DNA of 64,000 nt from the NCBI GenBank assembly GCA_977030845.1, contig OZ365112.1:17732001-17796000 (forward strand), given 5' to 3'. This document shows, piece after piece, positions 28,819-41,100 of the stretch. The stretch is from Fimbriosthenelais zetlandica (lineage: Eukaryota). Position 1 is the first letter of the stretch. Each line of letters opens with the position of its first letter. The position numbers and the translations under genes were made by a program. A model generated the notes under the pieces. That model was not told the origin of the DNA and did no database searches. It worked only from the letters and a program-made list of their open reading frames with translations.

Positions 28819-29127
28819 GATTTATTCTCTGAGGAAGCACCGCGTCAAAACGTGGGTAATGGCTGCCGCCGGCTCAGTCGCAGCCACGGACAAAATATAC
28901 CTATAATCAAAGTACCGAAAATCTTCCACACTGCAAATGAATCTGAATCAGAATAACTACTGTATCATTATTAATGTTAAGCGAATTTTAGTATCGACTG
29001 TATAAAAAGAGGGTGCAACTTTAGTTACTGAATATTGACCAATCAGGATGCAGGAAAACCGTGTGACCATAGCAGCTCAGATGAGGAACTTCCGGTGGAT
29101 TCTCACAACATTGAGCTAAATCACTAA
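28819..29127. promoter_or_regulatory. Putative bidirectional promoter of eIF3d and TRAF7
   Basis: About 310 bp between divergent start codons; CCAAT box (gaccaatca) near 29038 and ETS-type acttccgg near 29088. Confidence 0.6.
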
Positions 29128-32100
29128 ATGCAAGATAAGATTGTATCTCCCATGGCGTGTGCACCAGGAAATAAGGATTCCTCACCGAAAGAAGGTGCGG
29201 ACCTCTTTCCTTTCCCCAAAAGCCATTCACAAACATGTATCTTTGAGGATGTATTGACGGAAAACACAACGTCTCCTGACACGCCTCGCCGCGGGAGCAG
29301 AAGGGGATCCAGAGCCTCCATCTCTACCAGTGAATCGTCAAGCGATGACGATGTCATAGATGGACCACCCACCAATAACCTCGTATGTATTTATAATTGT
29401 CTTATTATATAACATTGGGGGCTAGTCAAATAGTGTATTTCATCATTATTCTTAGCAAACAAATTGTAATGATAGTGATATGTCAATACGAGTCAATACA
29501 CAAACCGGTAGATACGGGTACCATGACGCATGAACTGGATCCTTTCCCTTTTATTTTATAGATAGCAAATTTTAAGGACTCTCCGTTCACCTCGAGTGTC
29601 TATATGCCCAGTCGACGCCCTGGAGGTAAGAAACGAGAAATTTAAGTACCCGTAGATAAAGAACGTTACATATTATTAATATTATTCTATTTCTAGTATA
29701 TGCTAATAATGCTATTGGCAGTAATAGTATTGCCCTAAGCCTTAGGCTAAGGCTAAGTTTATCACATGACAGGTTATTAGATTGTTATCTGTATACATAT
29801 TCCCTTTCAGTACTTGACATAGAAACATCAAGTGATGAAGAAAATCTTCCAAGAGGGAGCTCTGTCTACAGTGACAGTGGCATTAGTGAACTTGGATCCC
29901 AGGTTGGTTAATCTTTTGATTCTTTTCCATTAAAATATGAACTTATATAGTGCCATGCCTCTTTAAATATACCGTATGTCTCAAGTAGAGGAATCATATT
30001 TTGTTTCAACAAGCTTTCCAATTCAAAATTCTGTTAAATTTGTCATTACAGTTGCATCAGAATGTTGGTCTCATGAAGTCACCAACCGCCCAGGTTGGAC
30101 TGGGACATGTTGCTCTTCGGTCACTTCCTTTATCTAGCCGTGTCTTCACGTATGAAATGAATGAAGGGGAAGAGGTAAAAGTTACTTTAATAGTTTAAAT
30201 ATCCCTGTCCTATTTGATCTGTACGCCTCAGCCAAAAGCTTTCCATTGGCCATCCCATTCAATGTTTATAATTTTGCTCTTTTTTTAGGAACATTTCATC
30301 TTCACCGAACAACCAAATAAAAAGCTCTACTGTACTCTCTGTAATCGAGTGTTTAAAAACCCAGTCATCGTTTCATGTGGAGTGAGTACCGTTTAAGTAT
30401 AAAGGCCTACTGATTATTTATTTTATTTCACTATAAATGATTGGATCAACCACTCCCAAGAAATATACATGTAGTTCATAGTCGGTAAATATTAACAATA
30501 TTTGTATCTATAATTCTTCTATGAATTTGTCTTTCTCTGTTTCTAGCACACCTTCTGTCAAGGATGTGTTGAAGTACACCAAGAAGGTTTGTTGATAATT
30601 TTCTTTGAAAACTACAAATCAGGTTGTGGGATATATTAGTTACCAAATCTTTATTATTCGTTTCGCAAAATTCAATACACGTATATGAAATTCATCTAGT
30701 CTTTTTCTCTCATTTACAAGGATGCTGTCCTGTGGATAAGACCAAGCTGACGATTGTGGTGGCTAACCTGGCTGTAGGTGAACAGATTGGTGAACTCTAT
30801 GTTCACTGTAAGTACGGCTGCCGCCAGCTTCCAGGCTCTAACGAGTGGGAGATCAATCCTGATGGTTGTAGAGAGTCCATCCGCATTAACAACCGACGGT
30901 AAGTTAAACAAAGGAGAATTTAAAATTCAATAATAATATCATTTCCTCTATCACTCCTTTAATCCTGGTCTTATTTACCGACCATCTTCTTGCTTAAAAA
31001 CAACAGAAAAAGACTAGAACCTTGTAACAAAGCTCAATTTAAATAAGTGATTTCATTTTTTCCAGAGAGCATGAAGAAAACTGTGGTTTCCGTCCAGTGA
31101 AGTGCCCCAATAATCCTGACTGCCCTCCACTCCTTGCTATGGTGAGTTCTCAGTCCGTACCTCATTCCATTACACAAGTTTTAAAAATGTTCCGTAAAAA
31201 ATATTAAACTTCTTTGCTGTTGATTGTACGTGTTATTAATTCTCTAATTTTTTTCTTTTTTCAGCAATTAGATGACCACATAAAAATTTGCGAACATGTC
31301 TCCTGTCCTCATTTGAAATACGGGTGAGTAATATCCACATTATAGTACGCATTCATTTCAGTCTTTTGTATTAAATATGATTATAATTTTTTTTATCTCA
31401 TTATCAGGTGCGAGTTCCACGGTACAGCCTCTGAGCTCCAGCCTCATCTCACAGACCAGTGTCCGTTTGAAGGAGTAAAGGATTTCCTCTGGCGCACAGA
31501 GACAAACATTGCCGAGCTTCAGTCCTCTCTCCAACAGAAGGACCAGGAGATTGGTTTTCTCAAATCCATGTTGGGAAAGATATCAGAACGAGTTGAACTC
31601 CTGGAGAAAAATATGGATGTCAAATTTGGTGTGTAAAACTCTGCTCTTTACATTGAAATTGCTTTACTCGTAGCTTCAATCTGGCTTCAAATTAACTAGA
31701 GATAGAGTAAGATAATAATATCTCAGAATTATTTAAATTATGAAGAAATTTCTTTTGTATTTTCTAATCATGGTTATTATGTTGCTTACAGACCACCTGG
31801 AGAACAGTCAGAACAAAATGATGGATGAATGTATGGTTCTACGTCAGGAGCAGGCGCGCACTATGGTACTTACTCAACAATGTTGTACTCAACAATATTA
31901 ACACCAAAAACATTCAATGATTGCATTTACTCTATAGTTTTGGCCTGGCTAACTTGCTTTAAATATTTTAATTTTGTATTTAACAGGCTGATGTTGTAGG
32001 ATTACACGAACATATAAACCAAGGGGGACAAATGGGAGGTAAGTCATATGTAAAGAAATCTATTTCACTAATCATGTAATCGGTTATTTTGGCCCCTTTT

Positions 32101-35100
32101 CTGATCATTTTGTTTTCTCATCCAGCTTACGATCCTCAGCAGATATTTAAGTGTAAAGGTACGTTTGTTGGCCACCAGGGGCCAGTATGGTGTCTGTGTG
32201 TTCACCAGGACTACCTCTTCAGTGGATCATCAGATAAAACTATAAAGGCAAGTCACATTTTTCTGGTTCTTACTTAATTATAGTCAGGTAATTTTGGCTA
32301 TTAATCGGTTAACTACTGAGGGCTTGCCATTCTTCCACCATTCTGTACTTTTACGTAAAAATGTTGATATTTTTCTAGGTGTGGGACACCAGTACCAACT
32401 TCACGTGTATCAAGACATTAGAAGGTCATTCTGGTATCGTCCTTGCTTTAGGCGTTTACAATAACAAACTCTACTCAGGTTCTCAAGATTGCAATATTTT
32501 AGTAAGTTGACTAAAATTGATATTACATAATTGTTCCTAATTTCTAACGATTTATTACTAAGAAGAAAGACTTTAAGAGGTCTGGTCCCAAGATGTTTGA
32601 AGTACTTTTATTTTGTTATAGGTATGGGATCTTGAAACATTTGACAATTTAAAAACGATTGAGGCCCATGATAATCCTGTATGTACGCTTGTGCCCGCCC
32701 GAAATATGCTTTTCTCTGGATCTCTGAAAGTCATTAAGGTAAGAGTGAAGTACTGTTCATGAAACACATATAACACATATCAAATGTTGTAAATACATGT
32801 ATTTGGAATCTTTATTTAATCCTAAATCAGCATAAATTAGCATAATGATATATCTTTTAGGCCTGGGATGCCCATAGCTACCAGTTAGAGAAGGAAATAA
32901 AGGGTTTGAACCACTGGGTGAGAGCATTAGTCGCTTCTCAGAACTACCTCTACAGCGGGTCTTATCAGACAATAAAGGTGAGCTATAATAATGTCAAAAT
33001 CACTCCTTGATCCTTCATGAAATTATATTCTCATGTACTGAGCTCCATTCATATGTATGTCACCCTTGATCTGGACACCCGTGTATTTGGTATTTTTACT
33101 TGTGATAAACTTTTAGATCTGGGACCTGGAAACTCTGGACTGTGTGAAGAATCTGGAGACATCAGGAGGTAGTGTCTACTCTATAGCCATTACCAACCAC
33201 TACATCCTGTGTGGAACCTACGAGAATCTTATCCATGTAAGTCTTAATTTATATATTCAAACCTGTATATATTACATACGATATTTCAAGAAAAATCTCT
33301 CTTATTTAGTGTATTATTATTAATATAAAAAATAGTAATATTTTGAATATTCTTGGTTTTCAGGTGTGGGAACTGGACACCTATCAACAGGTGACTACAT
33401 TACCGGGACATAATGGTACAGTGTATGCCCTGGCCGTGCTTAATACACCTTCAGGCAACAAGGTATTCAGTGCTTCATACGACAGATCACTGAGGGTAAG
33501 TACACCTTTATTTCAATAGCATTAAGAATAGCATTAAGAATACGGTAATAGCATTAAGAATAGAGTTTAAGGAATACATGTAATAGCATTAAGGAACAAT
33601 GGTCAAACCATTTTCAATCCGAAGGGGAACTATTGCATATATAATGACTACTGATAATGATATATATGTATTGTATTTTCTTTCAGTGCATGCAGTGTTC
33701 GCTTTACATAATTTAGTCCTTCCTTCATAACTGTATCATTGAATATATTTCAAAGATAATTTTGTCTGAACAGGTATTCTATAAGAAACCTGAAATGAAA
33801 GTTTCAGTCTTGTTGGTTCAGGTGTGATCTTCCATTCATCTCTATTGTCCACATGGATCCCTGTTAATTATGGTTCCGCTGATTACAGTTTGATAAGCTT
33901 ATTGTGATAGTTTAATCAATTTACCGTCTTAAAAACACCAATTAATCATGCATGTATGGCGTGACATAGCCATTGTATGAGAATGGTAAATACATTATAT
34001 AAGATATGCATTACACACTATTGAATAGGCTACTGTGGTAGAAATCTTACTATAATAATAAATGAGAAATAATGAAATGGACAGAAGGACAGAACATGGA
34101 AATGAAAAAGTTAAAAAAAATAATTACTGAGATTCCGCCTTCTGATTGAGTAATGGAAGCTGAAAATTCCCATCCGTTGTGCTGACAGATGATGAGGCTG
34201 AGAATCCACTGATGATGAGAATTGACACAAGGTGGCAACCACCCCCTCCCTGATTGCAATATCCAGCTGAATCCTGTTCAATTCCAAATGGTTGTGATGA
34301 GGCCCGCTTTTTCTAACGGATTGAATTATGTCCGGCTTATAATGATAGCTATTATCTGAAGAAAGCGCTCCTCAAATTCTCAATATTCCTCTTGGTTCGA
34401 ACAGGTAATGGATTCTAAAACCTCTCCATGCTTGTTCTGAGAGCGTTCGGCATTGCTCTTTCATATTTCACTCCTCATCATGTCAAAACCTGAAAAATAT
34501 TATGTTTTATAAAGACAGGTAAATGACATGGATGCGTCATACAGCCCACAAAACAAGCCTCCATATGAAAAACAAGCTCTGCTTTTGAAGCATAAAACAA
34601 ACAGAGAAATCATTTTCAAATCCTGATGACTGTTTGGAAATATCAGAACAGGCGCCTAGCGTCATTAACGCATATTCATCCAAGTCATTTACATATGATT
34701 TCTGGAAATATTTGCGTTAAAATATGGAATATGCTGTTTTGTAAGCCACTCAAAAAACAAGGCCAATGAATTCGTCCAATCTTTAATGATGAATTTCTAA
34801 ATTGCAGTGGTCCTTCCCAAAGATAATTAAATGAAAACTGTGGAATGAAATATGCCTTTTAGCATTATTTAGCTTCATAAGATAGTTATCACAGTTAATA
34901 CAGAAGGGATATATCCGTGATAAATATATACAAGAATGCGTTAAGTCTCAATATGAGGTTGAAATATTGCTTAACCTTGAACTAGATGTCATGGTCGCAG
35001 TAACATTCTCACCCGTCACAAGATGTGAGTACATCTCTGTTTTATATTGCATTATGAAATTAGTATATATGTGGCAACTTTCCATCGATTCAGGTATAGC

Positions 35101-38100
35101 CCAGCACGGATCATTAATATCGAGTGACTTCCTGCAACGGTAGACTAAATCTAGTCAACTTTCCATTACCAGGGGAGAAAATGAAGCCAGTATTCCTCAT
35201 ATTTATACTGGTGCCTATGGAAACCAATTATCTCTCCTGATGATCAGGAGTTTACATGTTCTAGATCAGACATTTATGGAATATATAGATATGGATTTTA
35301 CTGAATGGAAAACCTGTGTAACAGGTAACTGAAAGATGACGTTTCTTCATGAGATGTTCCCACGAACAAAGCGTCCTTGCTTATGGACTTGATATAAATG
35401 ACACATGGCTGATAACAGTATCAATGGTATAGGGAGAGGGGGAATATGAGAATTAAGTGACTAATGGGATCTCTTATAACCTATTAAAGCAATATGTTAT
35501 TTGCCAATCTCATCGATTACCTGGGTCTAATGTGCAACTCTGTATACTTCTTACATGCTTTCAATGATATGCTTTAATCCCGCATGCGGTGATTTCCGTT
35601 AGCACTTTGTCATTTATTTAGGCAGATGTGCTATATTGTAAGAAAACAAATCACTGCTGACATTATTATGTGACTTAAATGTGTTATTATTCATACATGC
35701 GAAGTATATATTATGCTTATATTACACCTAATGCATATTGAACAATAACTGATGTCACTGGTATATGTTTACTGGCTACCATTGCTTCCACATGACTGAT
35801 ATTAAGCGTTCTGTGGAAGTTTTACATGTCCAGACGTGACCCAACATTGTATCTTAAAGCTGCCTGGAGCAGTGCTCCTCCTCGATACCTGACGTTGGCC
35901 CTGCTGGCACTTGTAGCTGCGAGCTAAGTGAGCCAATTCATAGAAAATCTCACCTACATTTCCTGCGGGGGCTGGAAAGGGAAATCGCCAAAAACCTGAG
36001 CAATTGGTCGGAAATTATAGTCCGGAAATGGCTTACCCGCAAGGCTCTGATTTCTGACGGATTCTTACTTTCCCTTTTGCAAGTAAATTGGGAATTTCCT
36101 ATCATATTGCTATATAGGCTTACATTACCTCAATGTGGTCACATATACAGTTTACCTTGTTTTACACACACAAGGCTTATAAATGAAATGTATAAATGCA
36201 ATCATAGGATATACTTAGGAGAAATGTTAATATCTGGAGGCAGAAGGAAAATGTTTACTGTTAGATGTAATGCCTTGAACAGACCAGAGCGTTTTGCGGT
36301 CGTACTCATGTGATTTGGTAGATGTACCCGCCTTGGTCTTTTACTGCATCACTATAGCCAAGTTAACGCATACCTATATATAAATGAAGGAAACGTATAG
36401 CCTCTGTGACTCTTACAATATCTAATTGGCGCACGTAATTGCTGACCTGTTTTTCTTGTTGCTCGACAAGAAAAACGCACGCAACCGGGGGCGTTCTCAC
36501 TTTGTTCCAGCCATTATGAACTCGTGCACAGTAGCGGCAGCCATTCTGCTGGGAGTTATAGAACTTGTCAGGTTGTGTGATGATCAGCCAGTACCAACTT
36601 CTCAATTTGCAGGCGATGACATTGATATACCTGGCAGTAATGATTTCCCCTCTTCCTATGCTCTCTGCTCACCAACTTGAGAGCACAGGTCGTGGTCTGT
36701 GACCTTGTGGTCTTCAGCCTCTGGGCTTCAATGTGGAAACTAGCTTGGGGTTCATGTTGCCAGCAGCTCTCCAAATAGAGTATATATGATATGATGATAT
36801 TATAAAAAACGGGAAGCCTGCTCTGCGGCTTCATAAAAACATTTATTCGTGTGATGAGCACCATGGAAGCTCAGAAAGACCGAAGACCGTCTTAATATCT
36901 TCCCCTAGATACAATAACATGGCTGTATGTCAATTGTATTTTGTTATTTTTACGGATAACAGCGTTAAACATTTTGTTTTAGTTTCATTTCCCATTGTCC
37001 CTTTCTTTATACCCCTACTAGACGAGGGTTTCCGTATATATAACTTTCAGAGAAAAATATGCAAGACTTTATCTGGGTTTTATTTTTGTGCATAAAACAA
37101 ACCAAATCAATGATGGGTGAAATTTTAAGACATTTTATTATGTACACAAATCAACCACAATGACGCTGAACGTTAATCATGAACCCTGGCTACAATATGT
37201 TCTGTTGATACAATTACCACTACTTATGACAACAGAGCTGGTTGAGATCTGGGGTTTATGATGTGGCGTGCTTTGGGCACCACTCTACTTCCTCCTGCGC
37301 CCGATGTTGCCTAGCAGCCAAACGACATCTTCCGGTGAGAGGTCGGATGATTGACTAATAGCAGGCGCCATGCCCGTATGTCGCCGCGCAGCCCGCCAGT
37401 AACTCCCTCCTGAAACATGACACCATCAGTCGGTCACCTAATTTTCAAATGTAAAGTTTTCAGAAGGAAATGAATGAAAAAAAATGAAGAAAACAGTAAT
37501 AAGGCAGGAGAATTTCACATAAGCTAGAATTTAAAGTCTTGAGGGATTGGGGGAAAGTCCAGGCACTCGTCAGTTGATCTACTTCAGGCTCAGCTGATGT
37601 GAGGACGCCAAGAAGCCAGCAATGAGAGCAAGCACGAGGTGATTCACTCAATTTCTGAGTCCCTTAGTGCTCAAAATGCTATGTTCAAGATTCAATGCTC
37701 CTCACCTATATCCTAACACTGCCACCAATCCTGGTGCGGGGAGGGGACGTATTTTCAGCTGCTTTAAATGTCCTTTTTTATTGAGATGCACCACTAAGTA
37801 TTAAGATTATGCATACCATGTTTTATGCATTTAATCTGGCAGCCTTTCAGGACAGGTCTATAGTTTAAGGCTTGGACCTCACCTTACTGAGTTCCTTTGG
37901 GATTTAGAACGCCGAGCTCTAAGACGTTAGGTTTATTCTTTGGGTAATAGGTAAGGTCAGTAGAGCCCCTCCACTAAACTCCAGTTTTATTTGAAGAATT
38001 TCAAGCCCCTGTCTCTAGCTACTCATTTGCTGTCATTGCCCATGGCGGGAGAGAGTAAGCAGGGGAGCCGTTAATTACAGCCTCACCAAGCCAAGTACTA

Positions 38101-41100
38101 AGATGGTCCAGGTGGATCAACACACCAGCTCTCTCCTCCTACCATAGCCTACCTCCCACCAAGGTCCTTCAATTATCTCCCATACAATCACTGATACACC
38201 GTCTTCCCCTCTTCCCCACACACATCATCACACCTCCCAGTAACTAGCCCTATAATTTCATTAGTATTGCATTGTCTCCCTGAGTAATGATGCCCCCTTC
38301 ATTATATATGACGCTGATTGGCTTTGTTACATCAGCCTGACATTGTACTAATCTGGACTGTGGCATTTGAAGGCAGGCTGACAGTTTCATGTCCATTTCT
38401 AAAACAGATCATACCAGGCAGAGACTTTTATAGCACAGTGCCCTGTGTAGCTTTGTGACGTGACCGATGAACTTTTAGTCAGTACGTTTTTTGGTGGCCA
38501 GGACTCCTTCCTCAATATGATGGTGACAGACTGAGTTCTAAGATACATTATATATGGCTTTTCACCAAACTGTCCACATATATCATAGCCACGCTTAATA
38601 CTTGACCACACGATTTACTCTTTCCACACCTGCTGTGAGGCCCAATATGGGTTCTCCATTAGTAATACAACCTGCTCATGTAGATAAATAGTTAGGATCT
38701 GTAGGTAAAACTTAACAAGATAGTTGCATTTAAGTAATCGAGAAATCACTAAGCCTCTCCCCACTGTGCCTCGGGCTCTTTTCCTTGAGAACTAGAGTGC
38801 AGCTGGTCTGGTTCAGCTTCATGGACAGCTGTTCCTATAGTTGAAGATGAACCAATGACTTGAGTATACCAAATATGGAGCCCGGGAAGGAATTCTTGGG
38901 AAGCGATTACAATTGTTAACTTGCTAATGTAGCGTAGAATTGAAAAGTAAGAAGGATCCAATTAAATTACCCAGAATCTGTATAACTCATTATTTGATGT
39001 TCCATTCAATTAAAGCTGAAGGGCATCTAGAATATTGACCTTCGGAAGTTCCTTTAAGGTTGCGTTCACAAGAGCATTAAGCCACCTCATTATATTAAAC
39101 CAATCCTCTTTTACATAAATCGTACTGAAGGCTTTTTGATAAGTGGTCTATAAGGGTCGTTTTCTCCCTTTAAGGCTATGAACAGGAGCTGGATTTGGCA
39201 GTGTGGGAACCATTGCAGGTGCTAATGATCTGGTGGGACAATGCATGCCATCGGTATCTAAGTGCAATAGAATCTTTTATGACCGGTTCTGTAATAAGTT
39301 TCTATTTTTTCCTACCCAAACTCTAGTCAGGATTTCATTGCTTGCTTGAAATTGTTTTCCCATTCTTTAAATGTATTGTCATTAAAAGCTTGGTTGAATA
39401 AGAACTACTGCAGGCTCACACTTTGCACAGATGAGTAGAGTTTGTATTAGCCTTAATGATGGTGATGGCCTTTCATACAGTTGTCATCTGTGATTGGCGG
39501 CTGGAGACTTTTTTAAATCAGAACTCTAGCAAAAAGATAAAGCAGGAAAACTCTTCTCCATTTCATTTCGTGCTGGTTAAAATCTTTCCTCGTTATTTAC
39601 TGTGGTTGCTATGTTTTGCCCTGTCTGTAGGAAAGATGGATGGTTTCCCAAGTTTTTGATAAATGGAAAACGTGAGATATGGCTGGTTCCTTTGGCATGT
39701 ATATCTATCTTTTGTCCTTTGTCCTTCCGATAAAACGCTGGAAATGTTGGAATAATGTGATCTAAATGTATTCTAGAGGGTAAATAATGATCTGCATAGA
39801 CATTGGCAGCTATTGACATAATGATAAACTACTGTACCTCCATATGTCCGTATGGCCCGTGCCAGTGGTTCGGATCCCCTTTTTAATGCTGGTTCCATTG
39901 GTTCTGCCATTGTCAGAACTGTAAAAGAATTACCAGTAAAATTTTTAATATAGTCAATAAATCATATTGAGTAGGAAACTTGATCAACGAATATTTAGTC
40001 AGTATATCTTAGACCAAGCTCCTATGCGATATGCAGGAGCAGATCCATGATTTTGGAAAGTGGGTGGGTGTTCGAGGGATAAAATTTACTATTTGGACAC
40101 TCCCTCTCGATCTATTTACTTTTGTGGATGCTTAGTATGTGTAATCAAGATGAATTATATATGAATTTTAACCAGAAGGAATATAAAAGCCAACGCAGTG
40201 TATATAAGAAATACAGAATCATTATCCTCTCCCTACTCCTGATTTAAGTAAGACAGGGGCGCGTGTTTTAACTTTTATGTCACTTGAGGGCAGAACATGT
40301 CAGCCACATCAACTGAAGGGTACTACAGATTTAATTTCCTCACGTTGGTGTCGAGAGTTTCAATTCAAATTCAAAATCCTGATGGTTATTACCACTGGAG
40401 CTTGTCCATGAAATGTGATGAGCATTGAAATTTTAACTCTTCTGATGCTTTCAAGGACACGGTTCAATTTTAACAAGTGAACTCAGATGTTTTGGCTTCA
40501 ATCACTATTCTTTTACCACTGAAATTACTCAAAATAGGGACAAGATAACAACAGTATAAAACTGTTATGTTCAAGTCCCTTTAGTCCCTGGATGATGAAA
40601 TAATGGTAGGATTAAAACTATTGTATGCACATGTCAGAGGCTTGCATCCCTTGCATCTTACCCTGTCAACATCTTATAACCCTTTTATAAAGGCGTGACC
40701 AAGCCTCCCCAGGGCCATTTTCTTAGAGGTGACCACCTCCTCTTAACTGTGTCTGAACTTGTCTAAGAAACCAAATAAATGCCAGAAGATAGTAAGGCTG
40801 CTTCACAACCTACAGTGGGTGTGAGATTTCTATAATACTGCACCATAGTGATAGCAGTATAGTCATGAGATCATACATCATCCTAACCTTTCCTGGACCG
40901 TTGATATATATAATGAATATCAATGCATTTTATAGAGCATTCTCTCACCTCGCAATAATTACCGCTATAGACTTGTTCGGAATTGTCTTTGAATAACATA
41001 TTTTTGGTTCTCGTGGAATTTGAACAATGACTGCCATCTCTTTCAACATGGTGGCATTCCATGACCCAAAAGCATAATGATTTACTTTATTTATTTATTT

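Noticed and set aside
36678-36760. Selenocysteine read-through of TGA in nested ORFs (also near 37428)
   Set aside because: No SECIS seen, no selenoprotein motif, and the phase is incompatible in the second case.
36363-36864. Minus-strand ORFs containing [13 protein letters not shown]
   Set aside because: No leader or convincing acceptor; the ring does not match the vasotocin pattern; it overlaps a better plus-strand candidate.
39860-39885. tRNA T-loop-like GGTTCGGATCCC
   Set aside because: No cloverleaf or A-box; it is the antisense of nested exon 2.
35840-40825. Partial miRNA seed matches (miR-22/745-like at about 35841, miR-750-like at about 37250, miR-67/307-like at about 40803)
   Set aside because: Similarity is limited to the seed, and no pre-miRNA-length hairpin was visible.
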